From positions 11,344,286 through 11,408,285 of the forward strand of contig CM082581.2 of NCBI GenBank assembly GCA_040954595.2: DNA of 64,000 nt. The letters are read 5' to 3'. Of the stretch, positions 27,801 through 41,334 are shown piece by piece. Source of the stretch: Balanoglossus misakiensis. Lineage: Eukaryota > Animalia > Hemichordata. Each line of letters starts with the position of its first letter. The stretch's first letter is position 1. The position numbers and the translations under genes were made by a program. Below the pieces are notes generated by a model. It saw only the letters and a list, made by a program, of their open reading frames with translations. It searched no databases and had not been told where the DNA came from.

Positions 27801-30800
27801 AATTGAGCAAAAGCTTACTGGACTGCAGCAAGGTACCAAGTTGTATTTTATTCATCCTATAAGCAAAACTTACGACTCCCATTTTCCAGAAACGAGAGGA
27901 GAGCTATTTTTAGTTAACCTGGACATTTCGTAGTGATTTAGAAGCCAACTGTTTATTGCAATGTGCCTGCTTGCACTGTGGCATGTTACAACATGCGTCG
28001 ATTAACTTACAACGCAGAATGGAAAACTCTCAAAACCTGCAGTCAAGATTAATTTCCAAATGACTTTTTTTAGAATCAGGGGTCAACGGACATGCGTTGA
28101 ACAAAATTACATGAGTATCTATCTCAAGTGTTGAAGTTCATAGTATCTGTAATTTCTGCAGAGTGGGAAGTTACGAGGCAACTTGTAAAAAATTAAGGTA
28201 TTGCAAACAAATGATTCCATGCACATATACTGACCTGGTAGCAATGTAAATAAAATATGCGGGAAATTCAATCTATCATGTCATCTCGTAATTTAATTTT
28301 CAGATGTGGCAAATCAACCATTGTGTTCAGCCATGTGTAAAGAATTTTACGAAATTAATTGACGAATATTACAATACAGTATGGATTAATCTTTTGTCGT
28401 AGCCATAATAGACGAGTTATAACGACATAATAGTTGACAGTCGACATCGTTGTTCTTCACCCAGAGTTTTATCTATAACCATCATTGCGTCGTCTGTTTC
28501 AATCAATTTTAATCGACATTTTGGTCAAATGAAAAGACCGTGTTGCCATGTCTTAAGGGCAAAAGTTATATATATGCGAGTCGAATCTATCCTCTAGAAA
28601 GTTAAGTTCATATACCTTTGTCTGGGTGCAAAGTGCCACATTCTCGGTTATTTCAGGTGAATGCACGTGACGTTACTGATTATAATTGTGCTGATACTAT
28701 GAAGAAATTTAGACAAAATGCATTTAATCTCACATTTTATGATACGGTTGTTAATCGATTATATAAATGTCAAGTACAAAGGACACGTCCTCTCAATAAC
28801 TGAGGTCAAATTGAGAATGCATGACTGTGCATTCTGAGAAGGGAAGATATACAAAGACCCATAATATCATCCAAGGATTTCAGAAGAGAAGAATTGATTT
28901 CATTTTGAAACTAACTCAGCAACCATGGCGTAAATGATAATTTATATTCATTACTTGAGATAGGTTCATTACCCTGACGAAGAAGGTGACTGATTTTATG
29001 CGCGCATCAACAGAACAGCATGATGATGATAAGACTTTTTACCAGCAATTACTCATAAACTTGATTGCTTTGCCTTGACAATCACCGACTGTGATACAAT
29101 TTTGGATTCGTGATATTCCTTTTACGTAGCTTTTTCCCTGTTTCATGATTTTGCTAGCCGCTTCCTCATCTAATTCTAATGATGCTGTGTTATTTGGCAG
29201 CATATTAAACGCCCAATCCGCCATTTGCTTTTTCAGACGGAAGACTGTCCCCTTGGCAGATTCAAGTCTGTCTAAATTAAATGAAAGTGCTTTATCAGCG
29301 GGTGTCCAAGATTCCAATCAATACACTCTATGTTATTTGATTCGCCTTATAACCAGGATCCTCAAGAAATCCGAAGGCACCCAGCCTACAACAATTTCCC
29401 GCCACTGTGTCGTCTATCCGTACAAAATGGCGGCTCGTTAATGATAATTCCAATATTACGATATCTTGACAAGGAAATTGAACAGAAATGTCGAAGGAAA
29501 AAGTTCAATATTCGCTCATTCGTACTGAAGGCTGTCATCACCAAGCCTAATACGTCATTTAAAGCTGAAAAACAAATCGTTCGGTTTTGTCTCTATAGAC
29601 AGTCCCAAATTTTAGTAGAACCCAGCAGGGGTTCTTGCTGCGTGCAATATAGTACCGATTTATCGTTTTGTCATTACAACTTTGCCCCGTAAGGATCCTG
29701 AAATAAAATATTTTTATTTTCGATAAAATTGAGATTGATGCACAAGGTTTTCCTGAAAAAGCATTAATCCCGGCAGCACATGCTTGTGACGACACTTACA
29801 AGTAGAAAAAATTTCATAAGAATGTGATTCGTTACGTTATTGTTATTACTGTAAGGGCTACTCAGATTTAAATTGCCTAGTTTGACCAGCTAGAGAAAAT
29901 TGAACGAAAATGATCTTTCAGTTCTTGTCAGGATTTATTGAGAACTGACATCATGAAGCAAAGGCTATAATAGAGAACTTGTAATAAATGTCAGAATGCC
30001 TGAACTTTGACCTGGGCACTTCTCAAAGTACAGTCATTGCGATGTTTCCATGTAGCTGGTGAAATTAAGATTATACGAGTGTCTTGTAAGCTATGTAAAG
30101 TAAACCATAATTGCAATTGTTAAAAGAGCATTGCAAATTACGTTTGTAATTTTGTTCGTGTTGCGTGGAACCACACTGGTGCAGCACAGAATATGTGTTT
30201 CATGCACAGGCATTTGTGAACACACAAGTAATAAGCGTGTACATAAGCAGTACACTCTGTGTTCACGTAACACTGTGAATAACAACGCGCTTATGGACCG
30301 CGTTTTCGCAGTGAGAACCATCAGATGTCGTTATTTCCTCCTTGGGTATGCCAGCTAACCAAGGCTAAAAACTTTCACCCTCGACAATCTCCAGGATGCT
30401 TGTTCATCTTGTCGCTACATGTATTTTCCCTTCTCTCCGAGTTGCCGGGAAACCAAAAAGTACAGTCATTAAGAACGGATGTACTCGAGACCAAACATTA
30501 TGATGGCATGGCACTGGAAATTTGTAAAGGGGTTGTTTAAAAGGGAAACGTACGTCAAATAACGCGTGGAAGAGGAGAGCCTCCGAAAGCATCTTAATGT
30601 GTCAGGAAACGTTTTCTGATTTGACGCAGAATTCCATTCACCTTGCGGTTAATTCTGACTGACATTAAATACATAATCATCTTGTAGCATTAAAATCTTA
30701 GTGTATACAAACATCTAAGCCATTATTGAATAGGGTTTTAACAGATAACGAGCAAGTGGATTTGAGGCGTCTTTTGGAGTGGTGCCTACATCAAATTTTG

Positions 30801-33800
30801 CTCTGAATGAAACATCGTCAGAACCAAGTCGTTTTACAGCTAGCGGACGAGTATCACAATGTCAAGCTTAAGACTTGTCAAGACGAGCTGACAGGCTACA
30901 AGTGAGCCAACATCGACAATGACAGCCATCCGAAACGAAAACAAGTCTTCATCGGAAACATAACCATACCTCGGATTTGGACTATGAACGTTTTGCTAGT
31001 AATGGTTTTGGCTCTCAAATTGGTATTTGGGGTTCAAAGCGACCACTTTCAATCATGCCGTCAATGGATTCCAATTTACAGGTAGAAAGACTGCACACAT
31101 ATCACAATATTTTAACACGCGTAACCTGCATGTATCTATGAAACATTTTACCGTATGGACATGGAATTCAACACACGACATGCGTGAACATATGCAGCCT
31201 ACATGTACATACATATGTCATGTAACCTTAAAATATGCAATGTAATTTAAAAAACATAGGCCAACTTCCTTCATGTGTGCGTTTGTGACATTTGCTTACA
31301 GAGGTCACTAAGGCCATTGCGTTCCAACGCAAATAACTGCCAGTTGTATGTGGTTCCAACAATCACATATGCTTCCTGTCCATATCCATGTGCCCACGCA
31401 AAGATGTACAATACATTGTTCACAGTAATTATCAAAAAGAACCAAATTATTGAGTTTCCGGACTAAATTTCAAACATGAAATATGGACTAATACAGTCTT
31501 AATGTTCAAACGTATCCAGGAATTAAGGATCGGTTTCCAGTCTTATGTTTGACGTGAACCTAACGTCCACTTGACTTATACTTCCGTTTCTCGTGTTCTG
31601 TAGGTGTGTGTGATCAAGGCTGATGTATAAAACATAAAATGCGCTTGCGCAGGTTGGTTGGCAAGGTCGCATCTTTCAAACGTGGAATTACAGCGAGTAG
31701 TTATCTTCTGACGTTGTTAACAGAGATTTGTATCAAAATAATTGATACTGTAATTAGTTCGCAGATGAAAAAGAGTTCTTGCACTTACACGATCGACAAT
31801 ATATTCTAAACAGAGTCGCATATTGTCACAGAAAATAGCTTGAGGTTGTTCTAATTATGGTTGCTGGTTATTTTTAATACTCTGGAGTATAGTCGTGCTT
31901 TCTGACGTCGAAATCAAAGTGTTTTCAAGGCCAGATAAGTTAAACTTCACCTTCGTAATTAGATCCACCATTCTTCACTTTGAAACGAAGCGAAATACGT
32001 GTTCAAACAGGTGAGATGTCATTAGACAGAAAGACTTCCCAGATGCAAGTAAACGTCAACTAACTCACTCACGTATCACTCACTCACCAGTCCACTCACT
32101 CACTGACGGAATTCAAATATTCTAACCATGCTAAAATATTTTAAAGTTATTTTAGTATCGGATACACTCATCCTTGATAATATTGTGAAGCATGGAAACG
32201 TGTATCGACGCTGAGATTACCTCATATCATTAAATCTCCGTTGACTTCCAAACTGACAGATTCCCTCAAGTTCGATGTAATATACGTTTCTTGTTTCCAG
32301 GTAGATCGCCCCGATATGTGATTAATTGCTTTTCAGCAGTGAGGGCTTGACAAGCTAAAATCTCCTGCATAAATGCAATCTCGTAATCTGTCCCGTCGAG
32401 AGCCGTTGGTGAATCCATCCTATCGCTGGAGTTATGCTGATCAGGACAACAGATCTATATGGTTTGACTGGAATGTAATGTATCCACAAGTCCATACATT
32501 AGTAGCATATGACAAGCAATATCTTTGAAGGAGAGAAACGGGAGCATGCACATAGAACTAAGGAATTCCTCGGATCAGGAGGACGAACACTGACAGAGGG
32601 AGGATGACACAGAGAAACTGATAGGGAAAGTCTGTCAGATAGACAGGTGGGCAGAGACAACACAACCCACAACAAAACAGTGAGACCACGGACATTGAGA
32701 GTGACATCGAACTTTTAGATATTAATTTCCTATCACCAGCCAGGTCTCTTGACATCTTTTGTCACTGACAGTTTATGTCAAGTGTCGTCACAGCATTAAG
32801 CTGAGTAGAATAAAAGTGTCTGCTGACAACACACGCCATATGGTAACAATTTGACTTTCCATTTCTCTGTTAAAATCAGGCGTATGAAAAAAACAGGCGG
32901 TGGTATGAATGACAGAGAACGTAATTTTCGGGAGAAAGGTGTTTCAGACCTCTAACCTGCGTGATATCCATGCGCAGAAAACAACGTGGATCGAATCATG
33001 TCATACAAACCTAATTGGCCACCACCAACTGAAGCCAAGGCAATCGTAGTTGAACCACCGCGGGGATGATAATTCACCCAGATGCATTAAAATGTAGAAA
33101 ATGGAAAGAGAAAAGAAAACATCAAATTGCCACAAACGATTATCACCTTTCCTTATATTTTGTAGTTCGGTCCTTTCGGCGTACAGAAAAAACACGCTGT
33201 GATGTCAGACCGATCTGCAGTCTTCTGTTCATTGACACAATTTTCGGCGAACTTCAAAGTCGGTAGCGTCTTATAATCTGGAACGGAATACTCGGCTAAT
33301 CATCGTTAAGGTGTTGTCATAAATCTACCAGGACTATAACGGTACCTTAGAGAACCCCAAATTAACATTTTATTACGAAAACACATAGTCGTTTTCAAAA
33401 GTTCATTTGCATGTGTATACATTATCATATCTATTGCTTGCGGTGTTCCTTAAGCGTTAGATCTATTCATTACGAACGCACTTAATATGACCGTGGACGC
33501 CCATGGTGCTTAAGATGTGCAAGGCTTGATTCGCAATTGTATATTATTTTGCGAGTGCGAAGTTATTGCAAATATAACACACAGATAACTAGGCTCTTAA
33601 TTTCCACCACAATGATCCTTCATGAGTCAATGTGCGAAACTCTCATTATTTCAGTAATCGCCTTGAATCTCCTATGCTATACATAAACTTGCCTATCTGC
33701 AACGACCTTCCGCAAATGAGAACATTGAAGTTTTGAAATTATCAAATCTTGACTGGGAAATCACCCATGTAGTTGGGTTCTGCCCAGACAGGCCGGTCGG

Positions 33801-33931
33801 TCGGCACAAGGAAGCTTTGTTCCATACTCAGAACAACAAGCAGTCAGAACTCTTACACGGTTTTAAAATATACCTATAGTATGTGCAATATATGTTGACT
33901 TTTTTCCCAAATTCGCAGTCATTTTAGAATA

Positions 33932-33952
33932 CCCCCCCCCCCCCCCCCCCCC
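33932..33952. repeat. Poly-C homopolymer (21 nt)
   Basis: Direct reading. Confidence 0.95.
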
Positions 33953-34868
33953 AAATCGTGAAAACTGCAGCTATGGTTAACAGTCACAGGTGAAGTTGTT
34001 TTCTTTATCGAAGTGGCGACTACTTGGCAAGAGCAAAACAATATACCTAACGATAGTGTAGAAAGAAAAATTGACTCTCACGTCATTTTCAGTCAAAGGG
34101 TGTCTGCTCTACTCTGATGACAAGCAAGATAGGATACTTAATCTGCATTTCTGACTATAAAGGATAGAATTTATCTTTCCAGCGCCGACACAGACTATAT
34201 AACCCTGTCTGCTCTGTTGTGTTCATTTCATGTTCGTTTCAACAGTCAGTTTATTTCTCCCCAGTGTACCCAGTAAACTAATTTTTATTCCGTCGTTGTC
34301 AAAATACTATCAGCACCAACCTTTAATAACAGTATATTGGATCATGTCCGGTCTCCACTTTGTCAGAAAGGAGCAGACTTTGACATGACGAACGTAAAGC
34401 AAACGAATGCAACGTGGAGCTCTTGTCTCAATTTCAGTGATAATTGTGCCGCCGCGCCTTTTAACTTTTGCTCACACAATATTGTCAAGTCTCACTTAAA
34501 AGCATTCGTGTATTTACAAAAATTCAGTCCCTTTCATGTTTTTCATCTCGACAGGTATTGTGAATTGTTCTGAAGAGGTCAAGAAACGTGTCACCTTTTC
34601 GTCTGCGTGACCGAGCATATGGTCACTGATACTGTTTGAAAGCTGGTTCGTATAAAAGATAGGCCATGCAGTTCCATCGAACAAAAACAGTTTGATTTAA
34701 TTCCAAAGAAGACTACCTCAGCAGGTTTTAATGTTACTTGTGGAGGCATATGACATCTATGCATTCGGTGATGTAATGGCTACAGTGTAGTACTCCATGT
34801 AATTATACAAGACTGTTTGACGTCGGCTACTCTAAGTGGTTCAGTATAATTCTATGAATGCATTTGTC

Positions 34869-34920
34869 TGTGTGCATGTGTGTGTGTGTGTGTGTGCATG
34901 CGCGTGTGCATACGTGTGTA
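34869..34920. repeat. (TG)n microsatellite in an alternating purine-pyrimidine tract
   Basis: tgtgtgcatgtgtgtgtgtgtgtgtgtgcatgcgcgtgtgcatacgtgtgta. Confidence 0.9.
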
Positions 34921-37900
34921 TATGCTGACTGACCATACCGGTACATGTAGCCTTTCCAGACTCAAAATCTCAATTAGTTCGATGTTTGCCCACCAATAAA
35001 GTGACAGCATAGAGGCATATCGCCAGACCGACGTAATACATATCTCCATTGATAGTTTTTAAGTCTCTGAATCATTTATAATCATTTTGTATAGGTCAGC
35101 GTAAATACAATGGCGATGTCAAGGCAACGCTTTTCATGGCGCTGTCACGTGCACATATTCTATCGAACACCTTCCTTTCTATCTTTCATGGTATTAATTT
35201 TTAAAGAAACATCAACATACAAAGAAGAAGATATTTTATCTAATTATTTTTTTTTGCTTTCCACTATTATACCGCTGTCCATGATTAAACACTCTACGTC
35301 TCATCATCTACTTTAATTGATTAAAACCTAAAATGTTCCATATCTTAATTAGTATACACTATGAAATTACAAGCCTGCCTGTAGATACTTTGAACTATAG
35401 AAATTAATAACATCTTGCTGATGAAACATTTTAACATAAAAAAAAACTTTCATAGCTAAAAGACGGCCACATGGTGTTACGTTTTAGTAATGGGAAAATA
35501 GCAAACTTGCTGTCTCCATGGAAGTAAATAAAAGGTATTATTTCTTTCATAAAATTCTTGATATGAAATTAAATGGAAAATTCTGTTTACATCCAGTATG
35601 CAGACTACCACCCGAATCATTTGTTTTCTGTCTATCGGATAACTGAATGTACGCGTGGCAAGTTTCTACAGCCTTGTGATATTTTGGAATTAACACTGAC
35701 GGGGAACCCATGATGATGATGAGGATGAAGATGATGTTTTTTAGCATGATATACTTTCAAATGTGTTTCAAATTATAAGTAAACGGATCTAAACATGATT
35801 TTGATAAAGTAGAATATGATTAACTCCAGCAAATCCTTCATGAGAAAGAGAATTCTCGTTTATCTAGATGCATCTGTATAATGATACACGCCAATTTGTC
35901 ATTGTTAATGATGTGTGACCAAATATCGATCTTCACTTCGTGAATACATTCATTCATTCATTGCAGTGCCATCGAGAGTAAATCTTTTTTTCTATGTTGA
36001 ACCACTAAGACAACTCATTAGGTAAGCAATATGAGAACGCTAACATTGTTAACGTAGTCCAAATTTATGTCAGAATGTTGTACCTTACTAAGACTCGGTA
36101 GTGAGCTACTGCATACATTCGGCAATGTAAACACTGAAGATGGTACATGTACATGTATACGACTGATCATATTAGCTAAAAGCGGAGATTTGACATGATA
36201 ACACATTGCACACACACCCCTATTAACCCCTCAAGTCTGATATACTTGTCAACGTAAATATTTACCACGAAAAATACCTTTACGGATGTGTGCAACTGCA
36301 CTGTGTCATCTTCTCTTTTGCAATTTCCCGGCCTTTTAATAAACACACCGACATATGCGCCGCAAGAATCAATATCGCGAAAGCGTTACCTTGAGGCACG
36401 CATACTATTCAAAATAATCGTCATGATGTGAGCCATGATCATACTGAAGGGGTGAAGTCCTTATCTTTCGATATTATTTTGATAACTTAGTTTCTTGTTT
36501 TGGTTTGTGTTGTTTTGCCCACAAAGACATGCACAATGACTAGCTGTCACAGCTGAACTCACTATCTGTATATCGGTAAAACATAAGAACACTTTGTCTG
36601 TATAATTTTTGGTACTGAAGAAAAAATGTTCGTGTACGGATTGTGCATCGGGACAACCGGTCACTGAGCGTGTATCAGTAAACAGAATATAAATAGTCCA
36701 TCAAAATAAACTAAAATAATCAAAATAATGTCAAAATTGGCAACTGTACCCTTTTAACCTATAGCGGGTGCCTTCACTGCACCCCATCCCACGAAAAGTG
36801 GCGAAGCAATTACTGTCTCAGTACGTCAGCTTTTTGTTTAAACAAAATTATTACTCGCAATTGAACCCTGCGAATTCCTGACGACACATGGAAAAGTTAC
36901 ACTAAACCGCCATACACTTTCTGTTTGATGCATTTAGGGAATTTGAAAAATGCCATTGACTTCAGAAATCCCGCCTGTGAAGTTGGAAAATAGCACGAAC
37001 TGCGGGGAAGGCGGAGAGGTCTGTGCACTTTATAACATTCACATGTACGAGTCAGAACAGACGGTTGTATAGAATTCATCAGGGGTTTTACTTCCTAATG
37101 TTGAGTAATTGCCCATATTGAGCTCTACAAGGTTTCGAGCGAAAGGGGTCACTCAGGACTCATGCTTTGCCGACGAGGGAGTGTCCCACGATAATTACCG
37201 TAGACTAGACCGTAAATGTGAAGACTTTAAGGTAGAGGTTCTTTCAGGGGGATGGGTTGGAACTCTTAACTTATGGACCTTTGTTGGGTCGATTGTACAT
37301 GTAGACGTAAATATACTTGATAATCAACTATTGCTAAGAAATAACAAAGTTGGTAAAAGTATGGCTGAAAATGAGCTTGTTAATAATAGATAGATTGGAC
37401 AAGGTTGTTAGACCATTCCATTTAGCTGTAGCTTAGGCATGCGAAAGGCAAATATAGTTAGGAATCATGGGAACACTGGTCAGATACAGCTACTAATGAT
37501 AGACACACACATTTGAAAGACATGGGTAGAGTGAAAGACGGCTGTAGCTGCATACAATCGATATCTAGCAACATCAAGCAATAGACGTAACTATGCATAT
37601 GCCAAGTAGATATAGACAGGATGAAACCTTCTACATACTCCTAGGAAAGCAATCGAAAAGTGTGGACAATTCACAAACAGCTATGGCTAGCTATAAATAT
37701 ATGAACATGGATTCTGTTTGGTACGTAAAATATAATTTTCATCCCGAAAAATCTAAGACATGTGAAAAAAGGTAAATAGGCCGAGAGAGCACATTCGGTT
37801 AATGATAACGAAATTAATCAAAGGCACACTGGTACTCCGTGCTTTGTACTTAAGCCGAGTCAAATTATACCTGGAATACTCTTCGAATCAGAACGCCATT

Positions 37901-40900
37901 AAAAGATCGCATTAGTCGTCAGCGGGGCGTCCAGAGGCACATTAGCCGTTAGCTTTGGTCTTGAAACACTAGCATTAAAGAGGCTAAAAATAGTCCTATA
38001 AAAGAGCTTCGTAATTGGAAAGTTTTCTGTCACCTTTGGGGATTACGTCATCATCTCGCGAGAATCAATAAGCCATTCCACCATTCCGCCGAGACTTTCG
38101 TTGATTGCGAAGTCAATTAGATATAAACATTAATTCTCAACGTGTTGGCTTTGCAATTAAACACGGGTTATAGGCAAATGGGTATTAGTCTGGACCGACA
38201 GTATATACTGAAGTGTGAATCGTTACCCACTTTGTAATTTGAACTTCAAATTGACCTTCATGGCGTCAAATACCAAGGGTAATACAATGTTACTGATCAT
38301 CGTTTCCACCCCACTTTGGGCCTATTTTGTGATAATAAAATATTGAAAATAGCCTGAAAACAGTTCTATTTCAAGCAAGCAATTCGTGAAAATGTCAATA
38401 CACTTTCTTAGAATTCAGTCGATTTATACGAATTTTCTTGATATCTTATAATCAGAAAATAGTTTCAATTGTATCCCTTGTTATTTTCGTTTGGAGGACT
38501 GGCGTCGACTAGATAATACAGATAATGAATGATTGAAATAATCGTGGGGGGAACAGAAAAAAAGCATGCAAGTTGGCGTCTCCGTGTTTAGCCATAGTAC
38601 AAACAATTGGTTGTAAGCCCATGGTTTCCTGTGTTCTTTCAACTGCCATTTCTTGTGTACAAGCCAACGTTGCCAGAACCATATTCCATTTTTTAAAAGT
38701 TATATTCCCTATCGTAAACTGCCATGGGCTTTGGAAGACATAAATAGAACGGAGATTAATGGGAAGGGTTGGAACTTAAAACAGATATGAATAGATTTGT
38801 AAAATTTTAATTTACTCTTTCCAGGATGTCATACTTAGATCATCAATAATGTATACGAAAGTCAAAACATATAGCGTTTATGAATGGTTGAATGAATGTT
38901 ACGGAAAGTGAATAATACTACATGTATATTTAATATTTCCATTTCTCTTCCCAAATCCGCTGCCGACTAACAATAATGGGAGAGCAATTAGAATATCAGA
39001 GGAAAGAGAGAACACGCGATTCTGATAAAATGCGGACAACATCTGTTCAGGGAAAATCTATGTTAATTAATATATGAAACACAAGGCCGTTCACTTCACC
39101 AGTTTTGGGATGGATATGTATCTGGTCCATACCAACTGGCACTGGCCAGTTTGTTGTAGTTGTTGGGTATATAATCCTACATTCTGAAGAAAACCGATGC
39201 AAATACATGCTCCGAGAAAACGTCTCAGAGCTGATCCTCAACACTTCCCCTTCCCAAAACTCTGCCGTTCCCTAAGATCACAATGATCTATCATTAGCAA
39301 AAATTAAACCGCAACAAGGGTGGACAAACGCCCCCAGTTTTCAGATGTTTTAGGCTGCCTGAAAACACTCCAACCGCTGGTTCCATCCCCAACAATGAGC
39401 TCTTAACGACGCCACAAATCAACATTACCAAGCTTTGTCTTAATCAAGTCGTGCGTGGAGCGACTGCAAGCAATTTTTAGTGGGTGAGTGACGCCCGACA
39501 TACCAGCAAATTATTTCCAGTAACGAGCAAAGAGTGGGCGAAGGGACAAAGCTGCAAGTTGCAGTTGACAGAATGTGACCGAAGCAGCAGCAGTCAGTCA
39601 GCCGTGTACACAAATTCTCCCGGGCTATTTTCTGAGAGGATTACGAGTTCGTTGTTTTCTCCGCGAAAATAATCACCCCGGGTTATTACTGTGCAGTGAC
39701 TCTGAGTGCCACCGCCTATGTATATTTAACGCCTTCAATTCTCCCCTGAATATTGTGCACCGACTATATTTGGTGTAGGCAACAGCCAAATTACGACGCT
39801 GAAGGTTTATTAAGAGATTAACATTTTCTGACCTGACAAGTTTATCAAAATAACGTGTCGACGAAAACGAGCACGACTATTGGCTGAAATACAACGTACA
39901 TAGAAAGGCTACAGTGCACATGAAACAAAAAAATACATGAAACTGCTCGGGGAGACTCGACAATATTACGTCCCCCCTTTTGCGGCTAATACCTTGGTAA
40001 ATTATGTAGAGAAATAATTATTTTGCCAGTTTCATTTCACGAATTGTAACGCGCTCAATTACTTTGGATGCTTTGCTTCTTGATTCGAAATTTAATATAA
40101 TTATCTTTGCATATTAACAGGAGAACAAATCCATAATTATACAAGGGGAAGATAAATAAGTGCAACACATGCTGATTAGTTGCGTCAGGTTTGACCACTT
40201 CTTAATTTTACAGCGTAATTCTATCTTCTTCAATATCATATACTACCACGACAAAACGGTTGCTAAGTTCCACTTAACATGTATCTGTGTTTTAAATCGG
40301 TAACATATAGCCTTTCCCGTGCTTGCGGGGATATGTATAGACAATAAGATACAGTGACGTAATCGTGCAGAAATCACGTGAGACGCTCTCTATCGAGGGC
40401 TTCTCACCAAATGTGCCTTTATATCAAATACATGACGTATTTTGTCGGTGCATTATTGAAGCTGAAGCTTTTTAGCGCAAATTCGTCGTGTTCGTTGACA
40501 TTTTAATTATCTAGAGCGCATTTTACGACTCTGTGCAACGTTGTGGTCTGTCACATTGCGCATAGAATCAGACAAAGGAGCGAAAATTGCGTGCGATTTT
40601 TGATAATTTTAATTGTTTCCTCGAATCAAAGGTAAAGAGCATTGAAATGCAGCAGAAATGATTTAATCATCAAGTAATGATTTTATGGAACGTACCTTTA
40701 CATGCTAGGAAACACAGGTCATGCATACGTAACTACTTCATCATCCAAAAATCATTCAATCGACATATTCATTGTCATGGATACCATGCACCAATACAAC
40801 TGAAATGACCATATTTTGTATTTTCCGTCCATCACTCAGCTCAGTAAATTACTTACTGTTTGAAAATTCAACAGACCGTTCAAGACGTTTACAACAGACT

Positions 40901-41216
40901 ATCTAAAATAAACTCGTGCACGTCTGTGATTTGACGTCATCATGCGATGGACTGAAACGCGAATAAACAATGTGTTATCCTAGCTAGGCAAGGTATAGGG
41001 GTCAATGAAGCGTAATTTTCACTTTATAGAGTCCTAAAATGATCCGCGTCGCTGTGAGACAAAGAAGTCAACTGATAGCTGACTACAATAACATCAACGA
41101 GAATGAGGGGGGGGGATAAATATGTAGCAAGAATTCAACTGAGCATGATTCTTATCTTAGCTACCAAACTGTCGTGATTGTTATAAAAATAAACAAACAC
41201 TTGTCCCAGACGACCA

Positions 41217-41334
41217 CTCTCTCTCTTCTCATTCTATCTGTATCTCAGTCTGTCTTTCTCTTTCTCCCTGTCTCTGTCTGTCTGTCTGCCTGTGTCTCTG
41301 TCTGTCTGTCTCTGACTCTCTGTCTCTCTCTCTC
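41217..41334. repeat. (TC)n/(TCTG)n compound microsatellite
   Basis: ctctctct...tctgtctgtctgtctgcctgtgtctctgtctgtctgtctc... Confidence 0.9.
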
